Shown here piece after piece: positions 46,971-55,561 of a DNA stretch of 55,561 bases; positions within the stretch are counted from its first letter, which is position 1, and the number at the start of each line of letters is the position of its first letter. Under the pieces are notes generated by a model, which saw only the letters and a list, made by a program, of their open reading frames with translations, did no database searches and was not told the DNA's origin. The translations under genes and the position numbers were made by a program. Source of the stretch: Bacteroidia bacterium. GTDB lineage: Bacteria; Bacteroidota; Bacteroidia; NS11-12g; UBA955. Location of the stretch: assembly GCA_044360435.1 (NCBI GenBank), contig JBIKKI010000002.1, positions 1 through 55,561 on the forward strand, in the 5' to 3' direction.

Positions 46971-47966
46971 TCAGAACACGAAGTTCAAGGGCCGTATTTC
47001 AGGACGGCCAATCAGCAGCAAGAGCGAATTTTGGTCGAACTTAACCTTGGGAATCCGGTAGATGTGGCGCGACGAAAAGATGCCCAGCGCTCCATTGATG
47101 TTGCTGTATTCAGCCTGTTTCTGAACGATGCCTATACTGGGCTCGCTTACGGAAATATAATCCACCAGCTGTGGTGCGCCGCCGTAGAAAGTAAACGCCA
47201 CATATTTTGCCCTGCGCCTTAAAGTTGCATCCGCTTTGATCTGACTTGCAATGAATTGGAAGAATGCAGTGCGCGGGATGATGTTGGTGAGCCTCACGCC
47301 GCCGCCGTAGTTGTTGGTGCGCTGGTCCGTAATCAGCCTCCAGGTAATGCTTTTTTGCGTTTTCCTTGAAGTGTCGGCAACCGGAAACTCGTCGTAAATA
47401 AAATCCATCCGGATGTCGTAGGCCGCCGTATTCAGTCCGCTGTTGTAAATCACCGGGATATTTTCCAGCTGCAGGTTGAGCGTGCTGAACGTGTCGGCAA
47501 TCGGCGCAAATACCGCAGGCTGTCCACAAATCAGGGTGCTTGCTTCTATTTTCTTGCCGCTGGATTTCCGCAGAATTTCCAGCCTGTAGGTGTTGAATTG
47601 GCTGATTTTGGCTCTGAAGGTCCACAAGGTGTTGCGGTCGTTGGCGAAGATTCCCGAATCTTTTGGGATGGAATTGTCTGCCTGACAAGGATAAACCGTT
47701 TGATCTTCCTGGCGGATGACCCGAACTTCCAGGTCGTCAAAAAACAAAGAGTCACTTACCGAAGCCGCTTCCAGCGCATTGGTCTTTTCATTGAGAAAGG
47801 CCTTGTTGATTTTCAGGTAGTGAATGCTGTCTGTCGGGTTGAGGAGTCCATATACCACCATCACCTCTTTCCAGTTGGCATTGATGTCGATATCGTTCGC
47901 ACATCCCTGCATGAAAAGGGTGATTCCTAAGGTGATACGCACAAACAGACTTTTTATCAGGTTCAT
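46971..47966 (-). CDS. Hypothetical lipoprotein
   Basis: The signal peptide has the lipobox LFMQGC. The protein is 331 aa and beta-rich, and I recognised no motif. Confidence 0.5.
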   Translation of the reverse strand: MNLIKSLFVRITLGITLFMQGCANDIDINANWKEVMVVYGLLNPTDSIHYLKINKAFLNEKTNALEAASVSDSLFFDDLEVRVIRQEDQTVYPCQADNSIPKDSGIFANDRNTLWTFRAKISQFNTYRLEILRKSSGKKIEASTLICGQPAVFAPIADTFSTLNLQLENIPVIYNSGLNTAAYDIRMDFIYDEFPVADTSRKTQKSITWRLITDQRTNNYGGGVRLTNIIPRTAFFQFIASQIKADATLRRRAKYVAFTFYGGAPQLVDYISVSEPSIGIVQKQAEYSNINGALGIFSSRHIYRIPKVKFDQNSLLLLIGRPEIRPLNFVF

Positions 47967-47982
47967 TTGGAGGAATTATGAC

Positions 47983-47990
47983 TAATTTTG
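47983..47990 (+). promoter_or_regulatory. Candidate -7 box (TAATTTTG) for the 48011 gene
   Basis: This is a perfect TAnnTTTG match 20 nt upstream of the ATG at 48011. It lies inside the track ORF's N-terminal extension (47978), which argues for the 48011 start. Confidence 0.45.
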
Positions 47991-48010
47991 CCCCTTACGG
48001 CGGCACAAAT

Positions 48011-49471
48011 ATGAACAAAAACCGGCTGCTCTTGCTCAGCCTGCTGCAATTTTCGGTCCTCGGTGCACAACAGGTTACGAAGGATTTTCCCAAGCTACAA
48101 TGGGATGAAGACTTCAATTTGGTCAGTGAAAAATGGCCACAGACCTATAATTCCGACAATTTCTTTCTGGTGCAGAATGGCAGCTACGACATGCAGCGTA
48201 CCAATCTGAAAACGGGAACTTTTGTGTTTCCTGCGGAAGATAAAACTTTCGGATATTTTGAAGTACGCTGCCGGCTTGCGTTTAAAGAAGGAACCGGATC
48301 GCAGGCTGTGGCCGGACTGGTATTTCAGGCACAGGCCGACGGCAGCGGCGCACTAGTGGTTGAAGTCAACGATAAATACCAATACCGCGTGCGGCGGATG
48401 ACGCGCGATGGCGCGGTGAATCTGACCGGAGGTGGCGAAAATGATGGCTGGATCAAAGCCAAGCGCATGCTCCACAAGGATGCCAATACCATTGTGGTGA
48501 AAACTTATGAAAAGGTTTATGACCTTTACCTGAACGATCAATATGCCATAACCTTCACCGAAATAGAACTCTCCCAGGGCAAAATTGGGTTCTATGTTGG
48601 TCCCGGAACCAAAGTGAGCGCGGAATATGTGAAGGTGATGGGCGATGAGAACTTCACCATGGTGAGCAGCGATGTGCAAAACCAGGCGGAAGAGAGCTTA
48701 ACCTTCCAGCAAATCATTGTACGGCTGAAAGAAAGCATCAATAAAAAGGATAAACGCATTGCCGAACTTGAGGCTGAAAACCGTCGCCTTAGCTCAGGCC
48801 GTGGCAACGATACCCTTACACAGCGTAAACTTCAGGAGGCCGACAAACGCAACTTTGAACTGGTGCGTCAAATCGATAAATACCGTGTGGATTTGGAAGC
48901 ATCCAAGTCAAGGGTCAATGAGCTGGAACAGTTTCGCAGCCAGATCCGCGATAACGAAAACGGCGACATTGTGATTAACCTCACCAATATCAATACACGG
49001 CAAAAGCAACAACTGGAGAAACTGGAGCAGCTCAAGCGCCAGATGGAATCAGAAAGTGCCGAAATCAAGGCCGATCGTTTGAGGCTGGCACAGGAAAATG
49101 AGCGTTTCCGTATGATGGGTTTTGAAAAGGATGAGGAAATCCGTCTGCTGAAGCTGCAACTGCTGACACAGGACAGTATGCTTCAGGAACTGCGCCAGCG
49201 GAAGCCGAAAGGCGATTTGGAAGGAGGAAATTCCAAATCCAAAGTAAAAGAAGAACGGGTGAAGCCGGAACGCAAACCACGTGAAGAAAAGGAACAGGTG
49301 CAGGATCCTGCGCTGAGTGCCGATGAAATCCGCCGTTTGCAGGAGCAGGAACGCAACAACAGCGGGAAGCCTTCCGATCCATTGCCCAGCGGTAAACTTC
49401 CCAAGCCGAAAAAAGAGAAGAAGTCGAAAAAAGAAAAAATCATCATTCCTGAAACCATCATCATTGACTGA
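48011..49471 (+). CDS. Secreted protein with an N-terminal jelly-roll (LamG/DUF1080-like) domain, a long coiled coil and a Lys-rich tail
   Basis: The signal peptide is MNKNRLLLLSLLQFSVLGAQQ. The segments GLVFQAQADGSGALVVEVND and GKIGFYVGPGTKVSAEYVKV look lectin or jelly-roll-like. A ~200-aa E/K/R/L/Q-rich heptad-like region follows. The protein ends KPKKEKKSKKEKIIIPETIIID. Confidence 0.55.
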   Translation: MNKNRLLLLSLLQFSVLGAQQVTKDFPKLQWDEDFNLVSEKWPQTYNSDNFFLVQNGSYDMQRTNLKTGTFVFPAEDKTFGYFEVRCRLAFKEGTGSQAVAGLVFQAQADGSGALVVEVNDKYQYRVRRMTRDGAVNLTGGGENDGWIKAKRMLHKDANTIVVKTYEKVYDLYLNDQYAITFTEIELSQGKIGFYVGPGTKVSAEYVKVMGDENFTMVSSDVQNQAEESLTFQQIIVRLKESINKKDKRIAELEAENRRLSSGRGNDTLTQRKLQEADKRNFELVRQIDKYRVDLEASKSRVNELEQFRSQIRDNENGDIVINLTNINTRQKQQLEKLEQLKRQMESESAEIKADRLRLAQENERFRMMGFEKDEEIRLLKLQLLTQDSMLQELRQRKPKGDLEGGNSKSKVKEERVKPERKPREEKEQVQDPALSADEIRRLQEQERNNSGKPSDPLPSGKLPKPKKEKKSKKEKIIIPETIIID

Positions 49472-49477
49472 CCACGC

Positions 49478-50293
49478 ATGAGCGTTCAAAAAACCATCCG
49501 AAAGGTAACCACACATGTGCTTCAGGAAATGAAGGAGCGCGGAGAAAAGATATCCATGCTCACGGCCTATGATTTTTCTATGGCGCGCATGGTGGACCAC
49601 GCCGGTATCGATGTTATTCTGGTCGGTGACAGCGCCAGTAATGTGATGGCAGGTCATGAAACAACTCTGCCCATTACCTTGGATCAGATGATTTATCATG
49701 CCGGTTCGGTGGTTCGCGGAACCAACCGCGCATTGGTGGTTGTTGATCTTCCTTTTGGAAGTTATCAGGGAAACAGCAAGGAGGCGTTGAACAGTGCCAT
49801 CCGCATCATGAAGGAAAGCGGAGCGCATGCCGTGAAAATGGAAGGTGGCGAAGAAGTGCTCGAAGGCGTGAAACGCATCCTTACGGCCGGTGTGCCGGTG
49901 ATGGGGCACCTGGGACTAACGCCCCAAAGCATTTATAAATTTGGAACGTATAATGTGCGCGCTACCGAAGAGCTGGAAGCCGAAAAGCTGATCCGCGATG
50001 CCCGCTTGCTGGAAGAAGCCGGATGCTTTGCCCTGGTGCTCGAAAAAATCCCTTCGGCCCTGGCCGGAAAAGTAGCGCAAAGCCTGCGCATTCCTGTGAT
50101 TGGCATTGGTGCCGGCGGCGAAGTGGACGGACAGGTGCTGGTGGTGCATGACATGCTCGGTATCAACAACGAATTCTCACCGCGTTTCCTTCGGCGTTAC
50201 CTCAACCTGTACGACGAAATCAAAGAGGCGGTGGGACATTACATCAGCGACGTGAAGTCGGGTGATTTTCCCAATAAGCAGGAACAGTATTAA
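49478..50293 (+). CDS. panB: 3-methyl-2-oxobutanoate hydroxymethyltransferase
   Basis: The sequence [51 protein letters not shown]...AVKMEGG is a classic PanB match. Confidence 0.95.
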   Translation: MSVQKTIRKVTTHVLQEMKERGEKISMLTAYDFSMARMVDHAGIDVILVGDSASNVMAGHETTLPITLDQMIYHAGSVVRGTNRALVVVDLPFGSYQGNSKEALNSAIRIMKESGAHAVKMEGGEEVLEGVKRILTAGVPVMGHLGLTPQSIYKFGTYNVRATEELEAEKLIRDARLLEEAGCFALVLEKIPSALAGKVAQSLRIPVIGIGAGGEVDGQVLVVHDMLGINNEFSPRFLRRYLNLYDEIKEAVGHYISDVKSGDFPNKQEQY

Positions 50294-50351
50294 GTCGTTT
50301 ATTTATCTTTCGGCCTGAGTACACTTCATTCACTGCCTCTAAGCGCTTCAA

Positions 50352-50897
50352 ATGTCAGTCTTTGGTTTCATTCATCAGGCTATTTCCAATTTTAGGAATG
50401 TGGGTGCTGTAGCAGGAAGTTCACGTTTTCTGGTGAACCGAATGTTGCAGCCTGTGGACTTCAACCGACCGCTCACTGTGGTTGAACTTGGTCCCGGCAG
50501 CGGCAACTTTACCCGCGCCATCCTCAAGCACATGAACCTGCAAAGCAGCCTGGCGGCATACGAAATCAACGATGCGTTTTACCATTTGCTGCAACAGCAA
50601 ATCCGCGATAAAAGGTTTGCGCTGAAACACGGCTCCGCCGCCGACATCGCGCATGATTTTCTCCCGGGAAGCGTGGATGTGGTGGTTTCCAGTTTGCCAT
50701 TAGCCATGATGCCCGCCGCGGTGAAAAACGAAATCCTTGAGGCCAGCGCAACAGTATTAAAGCCCGGAGGCCTGTTTCTTCAGTATCAATACTCGAGAAG
50801 AGATCTTGGATTGGTTCGTCGCTTTTTTCCGGCCTTAAAAACCAAATTCGCTTTACTGAACCTGCCTCCGGCCATCATCTACGTGGCGCGGAAATAG
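50352..50897 (+). CDS. Class I SAM-dependent methyltransferase
   Basis: SAM-binding motif I is VVELGPGSGNFT. The protein is 181 aa. The substrate is not inferable from the sequence. Confidence 0.7.
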   Translation: MSVFGFIHQAISNFRNVGAVAGSSRFLVNRMLQPVDFNRPLTVVELGPGSGNFTRAILKHMNLQSSLAAYEINDAFYHLLQQQIRDKRFALKHGSAADIAHDFLPGSVDVVVSSLPLAMMPAAVKNEILEASATVLKPGGLFLQYQYSRRDLGLVRRFFPALKTKFALLNLPPAIIYVARK

Positions 50898-50911
50898 CCA
50901 TCAGCAGATTT

Positions 50912-52690
50912 TCAGGAACCTTTCACCAGCCTGGCGCTGAGAATCTTGCCTTCACGCAGGCATTCCAGAAGATATATTCCGTTGGGAAGATGTTGTACAT
51001 CGATGCCGGGCTTGTCCATCAGCACGTGTTCGGAAACAAGGCGGCCCATATAGTCTCGGATGCGTATTTGGTCGCCGGTCTTGCACTCAGGCAGATAAAG
51101 CAGGCTGGTGCACGGATTGGGGTGGATGTTCAATCTGCCCTGCTTGACGCTGAATTCTGATTCCAGGTTTTGGGTAAATGCAAACGCACATGAGGTATAA
51201 GCCGAAACAAGATAGCGTGCCTTGCTTGCGGTGCTTTGCGTATTGAATTTGCTGATGGTGCCAATTGGCGGCCAGGCCGTATTTGTTTTCGCGTAAAATT
51301 CCTCAGGTTGGGCACCGTACAGGCTGGTATCTGCTTCGTTGCCGGTTCCGGCGTCGTACAACGTGCCTTTCACATTGTTTCCATACACAAAATGATTGCT
51401 TCCGGTGAGGGTGAACATACCTTGAAGAAAGCCGGTTCCCGTAACCTCGTTGGCAATCAGGTTTACGCTGCTTCCGGCGCCATTGTTCATGAATACCCCG
51501 TACAATTCAGCGCGGTTTCTGTGGAAGGTGTTGTAAGGTCCGTTGATGCCGTGCGAATTATCAATCACAATATTCTGCACAATATTTCCTTCAAACAGGT
51601 TGCCATACGGATAGTTTCCGTGCAACACCAGGTCGCCCGCAGAATTGGAAGGAAGACTCACATCCGTCCAATACGGTTCTATGGAATAGTTGTACCCGAT
51701 TACGTTCCCATTGGCCCCTGATTGCAGCAGCACGGAATGGCGCAGCTTGCGAAATACATTGTTGTAGATATAACAGTCGCTGCTCGCAAATTGGAGCGCC
51801 GTGCCATAAGCTTTTCCACCGCTTCCATAAGAAAATCCGTCTTTAAAAAAGCTGCCTGTTACGGTGTTGAAGGCGGAATAAGAGATGGCCACATGGGCGA
51901 AGTTGCAGTTGTAGCTTTCCACGCAGCGCACAAAACACTGTGTGGAATATTCCATGTTGATGTTGCTTGTCTGCCCGCTGGTGGCATCTTCCCGAACGAT
52001 GCTCAGGTATTCCAGGCCCGCATGCTGTACTGGTGTGATGCGCAGAATTTTCGCCCTTTTGTTCAACAGAAAATCGCGTCGAAGTGCGCTGCTCAGGATG
52101 AGTGTTCTTCCCTTTACGGAATCCACCTTTACCATCTGACCGGCTGAGCCAAACGCCCAGGTAGAAGTCACCAGGGTGCTGTCGTCGTCAAGCAGGTACA
52201 CCAGTTCGCCCGGCTGCACAATGCCTGAATCCTTGAGTTTCAAACCTTGCGTGTTGCGCAGGGCATCAGCGTTCAGCATAAGGTAGTTGGTTCTGGGTTT
52301 GCCCGTGATTTCGATGGCATTTCCGCTGCCACCCAGGTTGAATTTCAGGATGGTTTGCGATGCATTCACCCCTTGCAAAACCGTATGCGAAGGCAGGCGT
52401 ATATCCGATTTAAATCGATACGTGCCGGCGGGGAAATAAACCAACAATCCCGAGTCGGGATTTACCTTAGCCAGCAGGGCGTCCATCAGCGAATCATTAT
52501 ATCCGTTGCCTTGGTTGTTGCCGCCTGCCTGCAGGAAGTTGATGGTTTTCTTTGGAAGTTCGATGCGGCACTGTGCCACGCTGCGTGTCCAGTCCGAACT
52601 TCGTTCCGCAGGCAATGATTGCGCCTTGGTCACGCCTGTGGTGAAAGGCAGGAATGAAATGAGGAACAAGATAACTGCCTGAGCGCGCAT
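50912..52690 (-). CDS. T9SS-secreted right-handed parallel beta-helix (pectate-lyase-fold) protein
   Basis: It has a signal peptide. The N-terminus LLVYFPAGTYRF is typical of the pectate-lyase superfamily. Repetitive N/G/V-rich beta-helix coils follow. The C-terminal type A CTD is LNIHPNPCTSLLYL...IRDYMGRLV...LPNGIYLLECL..GKILSARLVKGS. Confidence 0.72.
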   Translation of the reverse strand: MRAQAVILFLISFLPFTTGVTKAQSLPAERSSDWTRSVAQCRIELPKKTINFLQAGGNNQGNGYNDSLMDALLAKVNPDSGLLVYFPAGTYRFKSDIRLPSHTVLQGVNASQTILKFNLGGSGNAIEITGKPRTNYLMLNADALRNTQGLKLKDSGIVQPGELVYLLDDDSTLVTSTWAFGSAGQMVKVDSVKGRTLILSSALRRDFLLNKRAKILRITPVQHAGLEYLSIVREDATSGQTSNINMEYSTQCFVRCVESYNCNFAHVAISYSAFNTVTGSFFKDGFSYGSGGKAYGTALQFASSDCYIYNNVFRKLRHSVLLQSGANGNVIGYNYSIEPYWTDVSLPSNSAGDLVLHGNYPYGNLFEGNIVQNIVIDNSHGINGPYNTFHRNRAELYGVFMNNGAGSSVNLIANEVTGTGFLQGMFTLTGSNHFVYGNNVKGTLYDAGTGNEADTSLYGAQPEEFYAKTNTAWPPIGTISKFNTQSTASKARYLVSAYTSCAFAFTQNLESEFSVKQGRLNIHPNPCTSLLYLPECKTGDQIRIRDYMGRLVSEHVLMDKPGIDVQHLPNGIYLLECLREGKILSARLVKGS

Positions 52691-52698
52691 GTGGTTTG

Positions 52699-53358
52699 TT
52701 ATTTACCGGAAGCCTTGGCGTGGTCAGCAAGAAACTGCTGCAGGCCGATGTCGGTGAGCGGATGCTTCAGCAAACCGAGGATGGCGCTGAGCGGACAAGT
52801 GGCCACGTGCGCGCCGGCTTCTGCAGATTTTACTATGTGCAATGGATTGCGGATGCTGGCTGCCAGAATCTGTGTTTCAAAACCCTGTATTTCGTAGATG
52901 TCGGCAATTTGGGCAATCAGTTCCATGCCGTCCCAGTTCATATCGTCAATACGGCCGATGAATGGAGACAAATACGTTGCACCTGCCTTGGCTGCCAGGA
53001 TGGCCTGACCGGCGCTGAAAACCAGGGTGCAATTTGTTTTGATACCGTTGGCGGTGAACCAGCTGATCGCTTTAATGCCGTCGCGAATCATGGGCACCTT
53101 CACCACGATGTTCGGATGTATGGCCGCCAGTTTTTTACCTTCTTCCACCATTTCGGCGAAGGTGGTGCTGATCACTTCAGCGCTCACGGGTCCGTCCACG
53201 ATTTCGCAGATGGTGCGGTAATGCGCCATCACAGCGGCATCGCCGGTGATGCCTTCTTTGGCCATGAGCGAAGGATTGGTGGTTACCCCGTCGAGAATGC
53301 CCAGTTCGTTGGCTTCTCTGATTTGTTCCAGGTTGGCGGTATCAATGAAGAATTTCAT
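52699..53358 (-). CDS. fsa: Fructose-6-phosphate aldolase / transaldolase-like (TalC/Fsa family)
   Basis: The sequence [31 protein letters not shown]...VVKVP matches the family. The start is set at 53358, and the -7 box lies inside the longer track ORF. Confidence 0.93.
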   Translation of the reverse strand: MKFFIDTANLEQIREANELGILDGVTTNPSLMAKEGITGDAAVMAHYRTICEIVDGPVSAEVISTTFAEMVEEGKKLAAIHPNIVVKVPMIRDGIKAISWFTANGIKTNCTLVFSAGQAILAAKAGATYLSPFIGRIDDMNWDGMELIAQIADIYEIQGFETQILAASIRNPLHIVKSAEAGAHVATCPLSAILGLLKHPLTDIGLQQFLADHAKASGK

Positions 53359-53374
53359 GTTGCTCTTGCTTGCA

Positions 53375-53382
53375 CAAAGATA
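53375..53382 (-). promoter_or_regulatory. Candidate -7 box (TATCTTTG) for fsa
   Basis: This is a perfect TAnnTTTG match on the minus strand, 16 nt upstream of the fsa ATG. Confidence 0.45.
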
Positions 53383-53408
53383 CAGGCGGCAAGGATTGTG
53401 CAAAGGCC

Positions 53409-54497
53409 TCAGCGTGGTTTCCCTGCCGGCGGCGCGTTGGTCATTTCCAGAAACCCTTTCCCTTCAAGCGTTTGATCACCATATACGCCCCAAACGCTGC
53501 ACGGGCCTTCCCAATAGGTCATGAAATTCCAGCCCAGCGCATGCAGCGCCAGCTCTCCGTTGTGGATGCGGGCATCTACGCAGGCGCGCAGTTTTCGCGA
53601 TGGCATGAGTACCTGCCACTGCATGGGATAGCTGCGGCCACTCTGCGGACTTGTCCAAAATTCATCGGCATGCAGCAAAATCGAATCACCGTTCAGGTAG
53701 CTGATGCTGCCGTCGGGATTCATCCAGGTGCCCTGTACCTGTTCTTCCCCGTTGCGTGCGTTTACGGTGCGGAATATCATCAGCCTGAATTGATTCGTGC
53801 TGATGCTTAGCCAATCCCAGCGGTATTTCTTTTTCGTGAGTTTTAAAGCATTCCATTGTCGGTCGAACCAGCCTTCGCCCTGCACCGCAACGGGTTTCCC
53901 CTGAAGCTGCAAATTCCCGTTCAGTTGCAGAAACGGATAGCTGAGGTAGCCTGCCTGCATGCCGTCCATGTAGGTCATCATGCCTTTTGGCGCCTGCGCC
54001 ATCAGGGGCGTTTGCGGACGTGCTTCAATGCTTCCGCTAAAAACATCCAGCATATACTGCGCCTTGAGTTGTTGTGGGTCAATCTGCAGCTGGTGTTGGT
54101 GGTTGCCGATCCGTAGGGATTTGCTTTCGTAGCCAAAGATGCTGCGCACCGCATCGCGTTTACGGAAGATTTCATAGCTGCGAAAGGTGGTATCGGCTGC
54201 GATGTCTGAGAACGCCGTGTTCAGCATCCAGCGGTAGCCATAGGGGAAACAGTAACGCCGAAACAAGGCCGAATGAAAGGCGTAGCTGTTTTCACTGCTG
54301 TCCTTCAGGTGGCCATTCAGGTACCACCATTCCAGGGAATTTCGCTTCAGTGGTTTAAGGAATATCGCGTGTATATCACCTTGATCACCTACCTGCCTGT
54401 GTTTCCGGTCGGCGGAAAAAATACTCAGGTGCATGCATGAACCTAGTCCTATGGCACAAACCAAACCCACAAGAGCCCACACCCCCGTTCGTTTCAT
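53409..54497 (-). CDS. AttH/CrtC-like (lipocalin-fold, hydroxyneurosporene-synthase-like) lipoprotein
   Basis: The lipoprotein signal is [10 protein letters not shown]. The [13 protein letters not shown] motif is typical of the CrtC/AttH N-terminal domain. Confidence 0.55.
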   Translation of the reverse strand: MKRTGVWALVGLVCAIGLGSCMHLSIFSADRKHRQVGDQGDIHAIFLKPLKRNSLEWWYLNGHLKDSSENSYAFHSALFRRYCFPYGYRWMLNTAFSDIAADTTFRSYEIFRKRDAVRSIFGYESKSLRIGNHQHQLQIDPQQLKAQYMLDVFSGSIEARPQTPLMAQAPKGMMTYMDGMQAGYLSYPFLQLNGNLQLQGKPVAVQGEGWFDRQWNALKLTKKKYRWDWLSISTNQFRLMIFRTVNARNGEEQVQGTWMNPDGSISYLNGDSILLHADEFWTSPQSGRSYPMQWQVLMPSRKLRACVDARIHNGELALHALGWNFMTYWEGPCSVWGVYGDQTLEGKGFLEMTNAPPAGKPR

Positions 54498-54590
54498 ATT
54501 GCGAAGTTAGGTCTTTTGCTGAGCGGGCACAGGCGTTCATGCATCCAAACCAGCGACGGATTTATTTGTTTTGTAAAGAAAAACAGCACC

Positions 54591-55561
54591 ATGAACCGGA
54601 AAGACGTACCCCGCAGAGGATTCATTGCCCGCATGGCTGCCGGTGTTTCTGCAGCACTTGTAGTGCCTGTTGCCGGAGTGTTTAAATTATTCGCCAAAGA
54701 GCCAATTGAAGCCATGAATATCCCCAGTGTCAAGAACATTCGCCCCCTCGGATTTCAATGGGATACCGCCGATCCCTTTCTGTTTTGCGTGCACCACGAG
54801 GACTTCTTTCCCAAAGGCAATGCCGAAATGGGTCCCGCAACCTCGCTGGAAGGGCGCAGCATTGGCGATGATTTCATCATCAAAGACGGCTGGCGTATGT
54901 ACCACGGCGACACCGTTCCGGGTTTTCCCGGTCATCCGCACCGCGGTTTTGAAACCATCACCGTGGTGCGCAAAGGTTTTGTGGATCACGCTGATTCCAT
55001 GGGCGCGGCAGGTCGTTACGGCAACGGCGATGTGCAGTGGATGACCGCAGGAAAGGGTGTGCAACATTCAGAAATGTTTCCGCTGCTGAAGGAAGACCAG
55101 GATAACCCGATGGAACTGTTTCAGATTTGGTTGAACCTGCCCGCCCGGAGTAAAATGGTTGATCCACATTTCAGCATGTTGTGGGGCGAAACCATTCCCA
55201 AATTAAACACAACGGATGCCGCCGGAAAAACCACCGTGGTGGAAGTGATGGCAGGCGCCCTGAACGGCCATAAGGCGCCCGCACCGCCGCCCAACAGTTG
55301 GGCTGCCGAACCCGCCAATGAGGTAGCGGTATTCAACATCATCATGCAGCCCGGTGCCACCTGGACATTGCCTAAATGTTCCGAAGGCATCAACCGAACG
55401 CTGTATTTTTACGAAGGCGAAACCCTGTTGATTGATGGGCAGGAAGTGCCGCATTACCATGCCGCCGAGGTATTACCCGATCGCGACCTTACGCTCACCT
55501 GCAAAGGTGAAAAAGAAGCGGGCATCCTGGTGTTGCAGGGCCGCCCCATCGGCGAAACCGT
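54591..55561 (+). CDS. Pirin-family protein with a Tat-type signal peptide (3' end outside the window)
   Basis: It is absent from the ORF track because there is no stop in the window. I translated it by eye from the ATG at 54591: MNRKDVPRRGFIARMAAGVSAALVVP... then the cupin motif GFPGHPHRGFETITVVRKGFVDHADSMGAAGRYGNGDVQWMTAGKGVQHSEMFP. The frame stays open to 55561. Confidence 0.88.
   Translation, partial: MNRKDVPRRGFIARMAAGVSAALVVPVAGVFKLFAKEPIEAMNIPSVKNIRPLGFQWDTADPFLFCVHHEDFFPKGNAEMGPATSLEGRSIGDDFIIKDGWRMYHGDTVPGFPGHPHRGFETITVVRKGFVDHADSMGAAGRYGNGDVQWMTAGKGVQHSEMFPLLKEDQDNPMELFQIWLNLPARSKMVDPHFSMLWGETIPKLNTTDAAGKTTVVEVMAGALNGHKAPAPPPNSWAAEPANEVAVFNIIMQPGATWTLPKCSEGINRTLYFYEGETLLIDGQEVPHYHAAEVLPDRDLTLTCKGEKEAGILVLQGRPIGET

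Noticed and set aside
49049-49909. A 286-aa minus-strand ORF spanning the end of the coiled-coil gene and the start of panB
   Set aside because: It crosses two well-supported plus-strand genes, and panB is unambiguous. The product is low-complexity (F/H/L-rich).
52696-53475. A 259-aa plus-strand ORF antisense to fsa
   Set aside because: The fsa sense frame is a near-textbook TalC/Fsa sequence with its own -7 box, and the antisense product has no recognisable features.
1-55561. CRISPR arrays, rRNA genes, transposases or integrases, and toxin-antitoxin or recognisable defence-system genes
   Set aside because: I saw no direct-repeat/spacer architecture, no rRNA-like sequence and no ORF with DDE transposase, tyrosine or serine recombinase, or typical defence motifs. 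The only nuclease-type accessory gene is the small GIY-YIG ORF.

Overview
This 55.6-kb window looks like a compact chromosomal segment from a Bacteroidota genome. Three things support that: several proteins end in T9SS-type C-terminal sorting domains, there is a PorV/PorQ-like barrel, and TAnnTTTG '-7' promoter boxes sit upstream of many genes. I call about 43 protein genes, one tRNA-Asp(GTC) and several intrinsic terminators. Most genes are housekeeping: greA, a HIT-family gene, ruvC, nhaA, ribD, argS, hutU, murB, a rluA-family gene, dnaK, panB, fsa, a fused E1 alpha/beta dehydrogenase, a SulP-carbonic anhydrase fusion, a CDF transporter, an MBOAT acyltransferase and a pirin. Between them lie cell-surface and accessory modules. 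(1) A three-gene outer-membrane operon encodes a TonB-dependent-receptor-like barrel, a 1307-aa secreted protein with a CTD-like end, and a PorV/PorQ-like barrel. (2) A translationally coupled operon encodes an ECF sigma factor, a membrane protein and two large T9SS cargo proteins, one with 8 Cys-rich PKD-like repeats. (3) A coupled operon encodes a DUF4836-like protein, an ABC ATPase and an FtsX-type permease. (4) A LytS-type kinase is paired with a LytTR regulator. (5) A small GIY-YIG nuclease gene is bracketed by tRNA-Asp and a tRNA-Asp-derived remnant. Perfect -7 boxes sit only 4-7 nt upstream of several start codons, which suggests leaderless or near-leaderless mRNAs. I found no CRISPR array, rRNA, transposase or integrase. 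Every functional call comes from motif recognition by eye, not from database searches. The operon in (1) and the GIY-YIG/tRNA locus in (5) are the best candidates for something undescribed, but neither is proven.
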